The translations under genes and the position numbers were made by a program. The notes beneath the pieces were generated by a model that worked only from the letters and a program-made list of their open reading frames with translations, did not search any database and was not told where the DNA came from. Below are positions 26,691 to 39,427 of a DNA stretch of 64,000 bases, piece by piece; positions within the stretch are counted from its first letter, which is position 1, and each line of letters begins with the position of its first letter. Source of the stretch: Felis catus (taxonomy: Eukaryota); the NCBI RefSeq assembly GCF_018350175.1, contig NC_058368.1, positions 42,534,001 to 42,598,000 on the forward strand, read 5' to 3'.

Positions 26691-27949
26691 CTAAAACCCT
26701 TAAGATAACTGGAGAAATGACTGAAGGGACAGGTGGTGAATAATTTTTTGCCTAACAACTGGCAATATATCTTCTTAGAGAATTAATTCGTTCAGTAATT
26801 GACTCTTGAAAACAAGTTCGTTCAGGAAAAAAATAAACCTCACATTGAAAAAAAGTATCACTTAGTGCAAATAAACCCAATAATGGTAATAAATAAGTAT
26901 GCAACCAAAGTATCTTCTTTCTGTAGGCAAGAAGCATTGGCCTGCTTATTTTTGTTTGTTTTTAGCAGAGTTGCTAGAACTCTATGGGTCTCTTTGTTAC
27001 TGTGCAAGTGGATTAAATCCAGATAAGAACGTCTTTCTTATTTCTTCCATTGTCGAAGTACTGCAGCTCAGAATCATTCTGAAGAGCCTCTTCCTACGAA
27101 CATCACCGCCATCTGTGAAATCCTGACCCCTCCGAGTTTTGGAGATTCATTTCTTTTCAGCTTTATAGGTTTCAAACAAATAAATTATCACCCACAACAG
27201 CAACAAAATGCAGCAAAAACAAATACTCCAAAAGTTTCACGAGTTTCCTTTCCTGCAATAGAAAACTGTCTTCATATTTCTGTTTTGATTCAATCATACA
27301 TAGTCTAATGCTGTTCTTATCTTAGGGTTTCTGGTTTAAATATCATGATCCAAGACAAAATGCAGGCTGTGGCACCCTTTACACCATCATGCTTTTATGA
27401 GATATTAATTAGCATTTCTCTGTAATCAGCTACCACAGCATCATGTGCCACAAGCGTCGTTCAGGGTCCCTCTTAGGAAAGAATGCTTCTGTTCATAGGC
27501 ATCTAAGAGAACAATTTGTCCTACTGAGTCAGATTCTGGATACCCTCTGAACATTCATGCAGTTTTGAGTACAACTGAATGCTCACAACCTTGAGGTAAT
27601 GTGGTTAGGAGCTGGTTTGTGGAACATTGAAGCAATTTTCCTAGTCACTTAGATATTTTAAACATCTCTGAAATCCAAGTACCGTGGGAAAATTTATTTG
27701 AAATTTCAGTTAATCTACCTGGAATAACAGTAGTAAATGATGTAGGCAGAGAGATCGTGGGGAAGAGTACTTTTTTGGGGGTGTTTTTCATCACGCTTTC
27801 AGATCACAGCACAATTAATGGGATAAAACGATTTAACACCCTGGGTATCTAGAGGAAACCATTTCCAATCCCCTTCCTGATTGCAGAATGAGACAGAATT
27901 GTTAGAGGATTCTCTTTAATTTTACTTCAGCTATAAATTTATGTTCAAA

Positions 27950-28750
27950 TACAAGGAAACTCTCAGGGAAACAAAGCATATGCAAACAGACAAACCTCCT
28001 AGTTAATGAAATGCCTCCATGAGGATTGCAATCAATAACAGTATAATCTATGTTCGTAAATAAGAGTACAGCCTCGAAAGAGCGTCGGGCAGTGATGAAT
28101 TATTCAGGAAGTCTTGCTGCCACTTCCACGCTTAGAGCTCTTCAATGACAGAAACACCTGGCTTAGCACTCGTTGACGCCAGTCTCCTTCAAATAGCTAC
28201 ATCCCTTTCTTCCTTCTTGTTCTAAACGTAATTTATCCACGGAGCCCAAGGCTCTCGCAGCTTATCTGAGGGTAAGCTCCAAAGAGAGCCACTGAACTCC
28301 AAGAGGCGTAAGTCACTTTCTGCAGGTCACAGTCCCACACGCAGAGCTGTTATTTATGGTGGGGAACTGTTGACTGTAGAAAGTACCGCGGACAGTGTAT
28401 AGAAGACTGGGACCTAATAAACACTTCAGTTTCTAAGGACTGTCAATTTCTAAGGACTGTCAATTTCTAAGGGTTAATGTGAGCAGGGAGAGGGAATTGG
28501 TAGTTAATAAGGGAGACTGATAGAAAAGGAAACTATTCCCCTCGCCAAATGTCTGTAACTTGTGCCTCTTTCATTCGTTTCACGACTGGAGAAGGCATGG
28601 TCATAACAGCAATACCACAATTCCTCCAAGGATTATAAAGAGCTTTGCCCTTCCCTGGACGTACAAAAGTCATAACTGCGATACTCGATGTACGGTCAAC
28701 AGTGTTTGGAAATTGGAGAGGGTTGAAACCTAATCAGCGGGGCCAACCCA
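27950..28750. promoter_or_regulatory. Candidate CpG-retaining promoter or enhancer
   Basis: No recognisable transposon; about 22 CpGs in 28050-28740, far above the flanks; ETS motifs CAGGAAGT (28105) and CACTTCC (28121), GATA CTTATCT (28261), E-box CACCTG, TTGACG half-CRE. Confidence 0.45.
28427..28472 (+). repeat. 17-bp tandem repeat, about 2.7 copies
   Basis: CAGTTTCTAAGGACTGT CAATTTCTAAGGACTGT CAATTTCTAAGG. Confidence 0.9.
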
Positions 28751-30069
28751 CAGTCTAAGCCTTTTGTTCAAATCAGCCTCCTCAAGTGACCCCAGGAGTA
28801 GAGACATTGCCACATCTTCTGGGAAACAATTATAAAGCCAATATCTTTTCGTGTTATTAATTTTTCATGTTCAGGCTAAATTTTCCTTGGCTTCATTCCT
28901 TCCATGTATTAATACTTATGAGCTACCCTAAATAATGTACATTTGCACAAAACTAATATTTGTAAATGGTAACTTTCGATCAAATAGAAAGATAAGCCAG
29001 TGTCTTTCTCAAATTGAATTATAGTTCGAATTTCTCTTCAAATACAAAATTTTCAAAACACATGTTAACTTTGAAAGCATCTGACTGTCTGAAAGCTTCT
29101 CTCTATAACTTTAGTTTCAAATTTTGGGTTGATTAAAGTGGACTAGATATATTCTCTCGGGAATTTCTGTGTGAAATATTTTTATTAAAGTTCACACGCC
29201 AAAGACCACAAGCAGTGTTGGCTTCCACTTGCTGGACTCCGAACTCACAGAACAAGCATCAAAAGCCTTTCCTATCTGATCACCAGAAGAAATTGTTCAC
29301 AGAAGGTCAGCAGTTTTTGACCTAGTTCCTGGCCTGCAGGACTCTGCAACAGAAAATAAAATCGGCCATACTTCAATGCCCTCTTCTAAAACTCCCAAGT
29401 GAGGGGAGAAGATAAGGTGCTTCAGAGTCTTTCACATCTTTTTTCATGTCAGAGAGAAGGGAAAACTCATCGAGCCCCCCCCCCCGCCCCCCAGACATGG
29501 CTGTTTAAGTCATAATGCATGCTGTCCAATGTACAGAAAAAAAGATAACTGTCCAATGTACAACTGCCTGCACTATTCTAAACTGAGAAAACAGCATTTT
29601 GGTTTGAGGCCGCTAAAAGAGAAAATCTTTCTTAAGCGTGCCATTAAATTTAGTAGTGAAAGGTAGAAGTTAACGAGCAAATATGGGCAAGCTCCTGTAT
29701 GTATTTTCGCAGTCTTTTATTGCTATCCATTTCTTCCACATTCAGATCATCATGCACAGTAGCCAGGACAATTAATTAGTTACTATATATAAATAGCAAC
29801 ACTTTTAAGTTCCTGAATATAAAATCAGGGAAGTAACCAACCCTGGGCTTTCAAATGTTTCGTTACTGTAGCAACTCTATGTGCATGAATGAGAATCAAA
29901 AGGAATCAAATATAAAGAAGTGCACCCAGATCTTAGCCCTGATAAATAAAAATGTGGAAGAACCACAGCTCTCAATTAAAATCTCACTAATTGTTCATAA
30001 TTTTTTTGAACCAATCTATCTTATTTTAGTATCATGATATAATAAAAATCTATCTATATTCCTTTTTAA

Positions 30070-30190
30070 AAATTGTATTGTGGCAGGAACCCTTAACATC
30101 TCTCTTGACAGATTTTTCTACTCTCTTGACAGATTTTTTAAGGGGACAATACAGTATTGCTATCCATCGACACAAAGTTGTAGAAATCTG
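30070..30190 (-). mobile_element. Old L1M 3' end fragment containing a 21-bp tandem duplication
   Basis: TTGTGGCAGGAACCCTTAACATC...ACAATACAGTATTGCTATC; CTCTCTTGACAGATTTTT occurs twice. Confidence 0.55.
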
Positions 30191-31421
30191 CCATACAACA
30201 ATTGTTCATAAATTTATCAGTCTTCAGCAGATAAGAATCAAGCTACTCTCAAGTATAATATGTAGTAAAAATATCTAAAATCCATATTTTAAAAATATGT
30301 AATATATAGGATCTTGAATGGTGTTTTCAGAAGATAGATCGGGTACTTTAATCTCCTTTGTCAAACAGTTATTGCAATTATCCTCTATGTGTGCTCTAAC
30401 TTTTCTATCTTAAATTTGCTTCTCTGTCATTATGTTCCAACCATTTAAAATTCCAGTGCGGGTTTTCTGTAACAAGGTCACATCAAAAACATTAAACTCC
30501 ATAACTTCAAATCATGTAACATTTCATTTTATCATGTAGGACGATATTCAGGCAGTAATTATAATTTCTGTTATAATATTAGTTATTAATATGTTAAAGC
30601 AGACCCAAAAAAGTTGATTTTTCCCCAAACATGCTGTGTCCAGTAACTGAATTTAAACACTGCATAATATTTTGCAAAGATATATCATCACTTATATTGA
30701 GGTGGCCAAACTGTACAATTCTTTAATAATCAGTGGCTTACATTCTTCATTTTTTCCTATACACAGTCCAGAAATATATCCAGATTTGTTTATTAGTAAT
30801 CTGAAACCAGGCCATTATAATAAAGAGAAGCATGACAGGCTACAGGAAGTTTGAAGTAAAAGATAAAAGTTGTTCCTGAAGTTTATGAAGGGAATAAATG
30901 ACATGATTTTTCCCTTACCTTACCGTAAAAAATTAATTAGCTGGAAGTTTAAAGGATTTCGATTTTTAAAAGTCATTAATCCTAGAACATAATTATGTGC
31001 TGTGATATCTTCTAGTCATTGCCCAAATGCATGTGCATTTGCACATAATGCAGTTATAATACATCTCCAAGTTAATTTTCTGCTTTTCTCACTTTGTCTA
31101 TAAACATTTTATACTTATTTCTGTATTTTTGAATAGCACGGATCTATACATATTATCAGTTAAAATATCTGGAAATATGTAACATGTCTATATAGAAAAA
31201 CACTAAAATCAACAGGAGTGTGAAGAAGAAGGAACATTTGACTCCAGCTGGCAACTTTCCCCTGTCCTCCAAGATGCGCCCTCTGGTGGTCATTTTCCCA
31301 TTGTCACATGGGCGGAGCTTAATCTTCCCCTTCAGGCCTTTGACCAGATTGCTCTTCACATGTCTGTCTTCCTCTCCCTATACTGGTCTCAGTTCATTTC
31401 TTAACTCCTCAGATCTCTGAC

Positions 31422-31423
<2 letters not shown>

Positions 31424-31470
<47 letters not shown>

Positions 31471-31483
31471 TATATATATATAT
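31424..31483. repeat. Compound (TA)n(CA)n(TA)n microsatellite
   Basis: Directly visible. Confidence 0.97.
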
Positions 31484-31489
31484 GTAGCA

Positions 31490-31730
31490 ACTTCTGCCTC
31501 CCTCTCTCTACCCAGTCACTTTCTACCTCCTTACTCTGTTTCAAGTCCCTATAACAATAACACTGTGAAAATTACCTTATAAATGAATTTCTTTACCTGT
31601 CAACTATACACCTCAGTGAAAGCCCCATCAGGCAGAGACCTTGACCATCCTAGCATCTGAAACAGGGCCCTAGCAAAATGTAGGCACTTGATAATGTGAG
31701 TTGAAAAACAATATATGAAGGAGTAAATGA
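31490..31730 (+). mobile_element. L2 3' end
   Basis: GGCAGAGACCTTG...CCTAGCATCTGAAACAGGGCCCTAGCAAAATGTAGGCACTTGATAA. Confidence 0.6.
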
Positions 31731-31782
31731 AAAAAAATTTAAAATCACATGCAATCCTACCACTCAGAAATAAACTCTGTTA

Positions 31783-31990
31783 GGGGTGCCTAGGTGGTTC
31801 AGTCGGTTAAGCATCCAACTCTTGGTTTCAGTTCAGGTCATGATCTCATGCTGCCCTGGCTGGAACCCAGCATCTGACTCTGCACTGACAGCACTGGGCC
31901 TGCTTGAGATTCTCTACCTCTCTCTCTGCCCCTCTCCCACTCCCTCTCTTGGTCTCTCTCTTTCAAAATAAATAAATAAACTTAAAAAAA
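31783..31990 (+). mobile_element. Can-SINE
   Basis: Perfect 17-bp target-site duplication AGAAATAAACTCTGTTA. Confidence 0.95.
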
Positions 31991-32466
31991 AGAAATAAAC
32001 TCTGTTAATTCTTTTGGTATTATTTATTTCTCTTCTTTCATTTGTTTCATTAGGGAACTATTATAATGAATAAAAGAGTTTGAACTACTTAAACAGTGAA
32101 ACATAAATGTGGTTATACATGATAAAATAAATATTATTTTTACAAAGTAAAATTATACTATAAATATTGTGTTGTAACCTACAGTTTTTATTTATACATA
32201 ATACATTAATAAAAATTTCGGCATGCTATTAAATTCTAAAGCTGAATTTTATGGCTACAGAATATACCATTATGTATTTTACAACAGTAATAGCTAATAT
32301 TTTGTGGGTGCTTATTGTACTATGGTCTGGGTTAAAAATCTTATGTTAATTACCTCATTTATGTTCTCAGTAAGTCTGATACTGTTCTGTTTAATGAATT
32401 GTCAAAACTGCCTTAGGATTTAATGGCAGAATTGAGATTGAAACCTGGACAAAGGGAACATTTTAT

Positions 32467-32513
32467 TCTATCTATCTATCCATCCATCCATCTATCTATC
32501 CATCTATCTATCC
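32467..32513. repeat. (TCTA/TCCA)n tetranucleotide microsatellite
   Basis: Directly visible. Confidence 0.9.
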
Positions 32514-34017
32514 TTTCCAGGAAAAAGAAAGTTATTCTAATTTTATTGCCATCAGCTCTTTAAGAGAATGTCTGTTTTTTGAAATGTAAGTCAATTTTAG
32601 ATACTTCATTTTTTATTTTTGACAGGTGGATAGGCATTATTATCTTTTTAATATAATTTTTTTCTTAGTAAATTTAAATAATTTTCCAAGATGTTTTGGC
32701 GTTTGCATTTTTTCATTAGTGTAATGAATCATACTTAAAGGCCTGATTTGTTGATTTATGTTGCTTCTTAACAGTTTATTATGCTCTGTTAGTTACATAA
32801 TTCTACCCATTTTACAGACTTAATATATGTATTACAACTAACGGCTTACCTACACTTAAACTACTATTATTAATTAGGCTTTCTGAATCTGTTTCTTCTT
32901 GGGTGGAAAATGCTGTAGGGTGAAGTCAGTTTACCTGAAAATTAAGACTGGGGGCTCAGAAATGGCTTCCTCTGGATTCTCCTATCAGCAGAGCCTCTGC
33001 TGGCCACTCCATATACAATAATTTTCACATTTGCCATAACTCTGTGGCTCTGTATTCTTCTTTAATTCACTGTTGATATCTTTATGAGCATCTGACATAT
33101 AATAAGTTATTTGTTTTTCTCTTCTATCAGATACAGATAAATGCCATGAGTGTGGGGTGTCAGTTGCGTTCGTGCTATACCCCCAACGTCTGATACCTAT
33201 GGATCAGGCATCCAAAAGATGACCACCTAGAGCAAACGTCTGAGAGAATGGACTGATTCATGGCATTCATCACATCCTTACCACTAGACTACATACCCTT
33301 GAACAAGTCCCTTAACCCCTTTGAAAATTCAATTTTATATTATACCAAATGTAGATATTTAAGTATGTACCTAAACTCTGAGTGGAAAAAGTTTATATAA
33401 ATGATTTGCTTAATACATTGTTAAAACCAACTAAAGTTTGGTAACACAGCATAATTGATATTTTTTGTCACATGGGCTTGTCTACTTATTTATAAGACTC
33501 ACATATAAAGCATGATCAGTAAGAATTTTTGAGGGTTTTCAGTTTGCTTTGAATGTCTTGTTGTGCTTTTTTACTCTGTGCTATCTTATTATAATGGTAA
33601 TAGGAGAAATAAGGTTCTTTAGCAGCATAAGAAAAAAGTCTCGTGTTGGAAAAAATGGCCTACAGTGAGTGATCCAAGTCCATGCTTATCTCTGTCTGCA
33701 TTTCCGCCCAAAGGACCACAACTTACACTTATTTCTATTATCTGAAAAAATTCTTTGGTAGACAAACTAGAAAAGATCTTTGCATAACATTGAGAGTGAC
33801 ATAGCTTATCAAATGGTCACTGAAAAATAAGGATTGTTAACACTGTCATTAGTAATTACTTAATTCAAGCTTCTTGCCTTAGAACAAGACCCTTCCCTTT
33901 TCTCTTTTACTGAATCTGTAAGAATTTATTATGACTCTTTAAGCCTTTGTCCAATGTAAGTGTAAAATATTTAGGTTGTGTTATTTGACTTTAAAAAGGG
34001 CCTATGTGTATCATGAG

Positions 34018-34255
34018 ACAGCATAATGAAATGGTTAAGAGCAGAGAGAATCTGGGACCAGACTATGTAAGTTTTAATCTGCTTCTACTACTTAATAACT
34101 GCATGGCTCTCAGCAAATTGCTTAAACCCTTTGGGGCTCTATTTCCCATATTTTAAAATGATAAGGATAATAACTATATTTACTTCCTAGTGTGACTGTG
34201 AAGATTTAAGATGTTAATATAAAAACAATAAGGGCAGCACCTGACTTTGGTAAGG
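34018..34255 (+). mobile_element. MIR SINE, near full length
   Basis: CAGCATAATGAAATGGTTAAGAGCA...GCAAATTGCTTAAACCC...TAAAATGATAAGGATAATAA...GTGAAGATTTAAGATGTTAAT. Confidence 0.75.
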
Positions 34256-34570
34256 TCTATATCATATAATTCACTAGTACATAAAGTCAAATTTACTGTT
34301 TCATAAGGAGAAAAGCCACTCTTCATCAAGCTTTCACTTAACCATAGAAAAGCTTTTGATGTAGCCTTCTAACTCATTTGCTTTAAGTCAATATCCTTTT
34401 CTTTACAAGTGTTGACATTCCCCTGTGGCAGGAAAATCAACATTTTGAGTCACTCACTTTAAATAACGGACTCAGGCCCAGCTTTGGCACCTATCCATTT
34501 CCAATTTGTTTTCAAAAGCCTTTTAAATATTTTTAAGCCCCGTTTTCCATCTAAATATTGGAACATTTTT

Positions 34571-34703
34571 GGGTGCCTGGCTGACTCAGTCAGAAGAGTG
34601 TGAAACTCTTGACCCACGGGTCTTGATTTGAGCCCCATCTTGGGTGTAGAGATTACTTCAAAAAATACATAAACCTGAAAAACAATTTTTGAGAGAAAAA
34701 AAA
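34571..34703 (+). mobile_element. Old short carnivore SINE (SINEC_old-like)
   Basis: GGGTGCCTGGCTGACTCAGTCAGAAGAG...TTGGGTGTAGAGATTACTT; duplicated TAAATATTGGAACATTT. Confidence 0.88.
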
Positions 34704-35560
34704 TAAATATTGGAACATTTCTTTTCTTCCTTTTCTTTAGGACTGTGCCATAATAGTAGTTATTGTGCTAGGATGAAACTTAGAAGAGATCAGCTGTCTG
34801 GAGTTATATTCATAATCCAATTGATTAGCAAATGTATTAAAATTCATGTATAGAGGAATGTAGATCTACATAAAATAGTCAAAAATAAACCTTCCCCTAA
34901 TACACCCAAGGAAAAATAAAAGGAGGCAGAGCTGTCTTCGGGAACTTGAGGTCACATCCTTACTATTTCATGCAGAAACAAATTGTTTGCTTTACAGCAA
35001 TAGATAACAAAAGCCCATATTAAAAATGACAAATACAATGCCAGCAGAGAAGAAAACATACTGATAAAGGCAACCATGTTGTAGACAACTTCTCTGGAAA
35101 ATCACTTGTTATCCAAAGCAGGTGGCAATCCGTATTCACGTTTATGACAAGTTGTGACAAAACCTTTATTCTTGCAGCCTTCCTCTAATGTAAAATATCT
35201 GATTTGGAAATGATTTCAATATATAATCTCACTGCTAAGCCTTGGCATCATATCACCATCTTATATTGCTGTAGTTCAAGAACATTGATTCTAAAGGCTG
35301 ATACAGAATGTTCATAACCACGGGGAAATAAACAGGGAAGAGGAGGAAATATGAGGAGAGACACAGACCTATACCAAGAATACTAAAAAGGTCTTCAATG
35401 ACTATAAAAATGAATATTAATAATATAGAATAAAAATACAAAAAAAGACTACCAATTGTCAAACTTTATTCAAGATTCATGTAAAATGCTATCTCAATCT
35501 TTAAATTATTGTTATCTCTAACTTGAATGAGCACAACTTCCTCTGAGTCTCCAGAGAACC

Positions 35561-35769
35561 TTTTTTTTTTTTTAAGTTTATGTATTTATTTTGAGAAAGA
35601 GAGAGAGAGAGTGCATGAGCAGGGGAGCGGCAGAGAGAGAGGGAGAGGGAGAATCCCAAGCAGGCTCCACAGGGACAGCACAGAGCCCAGCTCAGGGCTC
35701 GATCTCATGAACTGTGGAATCATGCCCTGAGCCGAGATCAAGAGTCAGACTGAACCATCTCGGTGCCCC
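35561..35769 (-). mobile_element. Can-SINE
   Basis: GAGAATCCCAAGCAGGCTCC...GAGATCAAGAGTCAGAC...GGTGCCCC; poly-T tail. Confidence 0.93.
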
Positions 35770-36729
35770 TCCACAATACTTTTTAGGATGACTATTAGGG
35801 AAACTTTCATGAGTAAGTCCGGATTGCTTTATTATTTCTAAGGATGAGCAATAGTTCCAATAAATGTTTAATAAATGTTTGTTGAACTAGTAGTTATTAA
35901 TACATGTTTTATCCATTCTTCTCTATTCCTCACACATTCACAAGACACTGCAAACTCAAGTGTAGAGATGTTATTCTATTTACACTGTTGGCACTGACAG
36001 TCATCAGAATCATTGTAGAAAATCAATGGTTGTTTATGAATGGACACCACAGTTATATTTTTCACACAGATTACTGTATTTGACATAAAAACTAAGAATG
36101 CAAATATGAGGCCAGAACTATACAACTACTGAAAATTCACACTTTAAGGAAATCAAAGGTATACGATTCTAAGTTCATCAGTTCAAATTATTTACATATA
36201 TTTTGCAATGTTCATTGTGGTTTGTATATAAATTTAATGCTTCATTAAGAAAATTTAAAACTTATACATGGATATGTTTCAGTGCTCTACTATAGAAAAG
36301 TTCTTCCATTTTGTTTTTCTGTTGTTGTCAGGGAAAATCCTGACAGATTTTACTCATAACATTATTGCTGTTTCCTTCTTTTCACTTCTTTTAAATAGAA
36401 TCTTATAGCAGATTGTGTTCATTTTTTAATTACTGTCACCAAAGAGCTCAAATGGACTAAGATTATTTTGTAAGTTAAACAATACTTTAAACTTCCTGTG
36501 TAGCTGTTGAAACTGTCATGTTAATGTTAACTTACAGAATCACAGGGACCCTTTGTTGAAACAACAAAGACAACAACAACAACAACAACAACAAAGTATC
36601 TATGTATTTTCCTAACAAGATATTGAAAATTACACTTTTTATGATTAGTAAAAAAAGAAGTAAAAGCTTCTTCTCTTAACCATGTAAGTGCTCTTGAACA
36701 AGAAAATTAATCTTTTTAGTATTTATTTT

Positions 36730-37035
36730 CCTCTCTATATCTTTTTGTCCAGCCAGCTCATTTCTGAAAGTTTCACATGGGTCTCAGTTTCTTGTTCTGT
36801 TGTATCTCACTGTGTCAAATTGTAATGCTGACAATACGCCCAACTCCCCAGATCTCAGGATTAGGTTAGGTGTACCCCCGTGTGCTTGTAGAGCATCCTG
36901 TTATCATACTGTTCCTCTTTTGTATCATTTATCACATAATAAGTATCAGCCTATTTACAGGCTGGTCTTTCATTCTAGATGCTACATTCTTTGAGGACAA
37001 GAATTGTTTTATGTTATTCAGAGGTATGGGTACTC
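36730..37035 (+). mobile_element. L2 3' fragment
   Basis: CTAGATGCTACATTCTTTGAGGACAAGAATTGTTTTATGTTATTC, L2 3' motif. Confidence 0.5.
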
Positions 37036-38224
37036 TAGCATTATAAAATATCAGGTTACTTTTATTTAACGTTCTTTTGCAAAGTTCTTTTTGGCATTCC
37101 TATTTGAATTCAATGCTTCATTAAGAAAGTTTAAAACTTACATAGTCCTGTATCCCCATATCCACTGGAAAGAAATGGTAACACGTACAATATTGCTGTA
37201 GACAATAGCTGTTTGCTTATGAAGGGAAATCACACTTATTTTCCTAACACAGAAGACTGCATTTCACATAAGGTTTCAAAAAACATCCCTAAATCTACTT
37301 GAAAGCTGAGTGAAATCTATGGAAGAAGAATTATTTCTATACTGGATATGGAGAGTTGTCTTCTAACAAGACAACAAGAAGTCTAAAGTGAGAAATACAA
37401 TTTTGACTTAAGATAGCGAAGGAAACCCTATAATAGGGTCCTCCCTTAAGAATCACACTTTTTAAACATAACATTAGAATGTTGTAATATAATAACAATG
37501 GGGATGCATATTCCAATATATACCTAACCAGAAATAAGACCCGAGAACCAGGGAGGTAATTTGAAAGCCATATAATCACAAATAAGGGAGAAATATGGCC
37601 ACCATATCCCTGGAACTATCAAGCAGTGATGTCATAAAGTTTAACAACTCCTGGCCCAAGCAACTTATTTCTCTTACATTAAATAAAGCATATTCAGGTC
37701 CCTTTACCATGAACTGGTTCCTTATGCTTAATGAATGATTTTTGTCAGTTTAATTTTTCCAAGTAAGTTTTTCTACAAGGAATTATTTTTTAATTAACTG
37801 TATGCAATCCAACCCAAAAAAGTATTTAAAAGACAAAGGTGAAGATAGGGCATCCACATTAAGCCAAGGCAAGCATAAATAGTTACAAATTGGGATAAAA
37901 TGTTAAAATGAGGTTAACAGTTGACTTTTCTAGCTCAGGGTATATCTCAGGGTTCTATTCCCATTAATAGCAGAAAACTTTGTGGTACTAGATTGTCATC
38001 TATCATTAAAACTCTTAAATTTATTCTCGATATTGTGTCAAGTTGACATATTTCTTCCCTATATGTCAGAAGTGAAACTAAAAGCCTTGAACCAAGACAC
38101 TGACTTACTTATGATCTCATCCCAAATCTCAAGAACTAGACACAGGCAAAATTGTGATGGTAGTGATATATCTTTGCTCATATGGTTATATCCTCATTTT
38201 GTTATATATTTCAACAAAGAGCTT

Positions 38225-38465
38225 TAATGGTATAGCGCATAGAAAGTAGGCATTGAAGAAATTATCCTCAGGATATAAATCCTGCCTCAGTGACTTATTA
38301 GTTTTGTGATCTTAGATATATTGCCTGGGGCCATGAACCTAAGTTTCCTCTTCTATAGAGTAATGATTATACTTTCCTACAAACTGAGAAATTGTAAAGG
38401 TAAATGAGATAACCTTTATAAAGTACCTAGTGGCATGATGAATGCGTGATAAGCCCTCAAAAAAT
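38225..38465 (+). mobile_element. MIR SINE
   Basis: AAATCCTGCCTCAGTGACTTATTAGTTTTGTGATCTTAG...AAGTTTCCTCTTCTATAGAG...AAGGTAAATGAGATAA. Confidence 0.75.
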
Positions 38466-39223
38466 GAGAGCAGTGGAATTGATTTCTTTGAAAAGCCTTA
38501 CTCTTAGCATCTAATTCTCTGCTTACAGATATCTGGATTTCATTGGGTGCTGTAAAAAATGTTAAAGTTTTCATAACACTAAGGGAGTACAATATAATAA
38601 ACAGAAATGCACCTTCAAAACTTAAGACTACCACTTACTGATTTTATCACATCAGATGAGACCTTAGACTTTAGCTTCTTATCTGTAAATTGGACCTAAC
38701 AAGATTATTATGGAGCCCAAATCTCAGAATGTGTGTTAATCCGCCCGAATAAAATGTGCAGTAAGTACCAGCCTCTCTTCCAATTGCCGTAATGGAACTA
38801 TTTCAGGCAAACTTGCCTTCATCTCAAGTGCGTGTCCACTATGTCTGATGTGATTGCTTGCTTCCCCTGGCAAATACTGTAACTCTTAAAGGGTTACTTT
38901 GCTGCTTAGGCCACAACCCCAGCATTATTCTTATTGCCTCTCTCCAGGCAGCACATACTAACTTATAAGAGTTGCTAGAAAATTTGTAACATCTCTGTTC
39001 TTCCTACAGAATGAACAGAAAACTCAAATGACTTCAATGAACCGGCAGTTAAGTAAATAAGTGAAGCTAAAATGGGTGGAAAGATGAAAAATGGCAATGG
39101 AGACATGGCCTCAAGTGAAGGGAATGATAGGCGGTACAGGACCAACAAATCTGAGGGAGGCTGTGCTTTCTAAAGTGGCAGCTTTAGAGGGGTCTTGTGG
39201 CCATTCGAGAGTAGAGTGGTGTT

Positions 39224-39427
39224 GGGGCACCTGGATGGCTCAAGGTGGTTCAGTGTCTGACTCTTGATTTCAGCTCAGGTCATGATCTCTGGTGTTTGGG
39301 ATCAAGCCCCACGTTGGGCTCTGTGCTGACAGTGTGGAGCTTGCTTGGGATTCTCTTTCTCCCTCTCTCTCTGCCGCTTTCCCACTTCCACTCTCTCTCC
39401 AAAATAAATAAATAAACTTTAAAAAAG
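39224..39427 (+). mobile_element. Can-SINE
   Basis: GGGGCACCTGGATGGCTCA head; flanks GAGTAGAGTGG / GAGTGGAGTGG. Confidence 0.92.

Noticed and set aside
28427..28472. Short direct repeats as a CRISPR-like array
   Set aside because: Contiguous tandem units with no spacers, in a mammalian context with no cas genes
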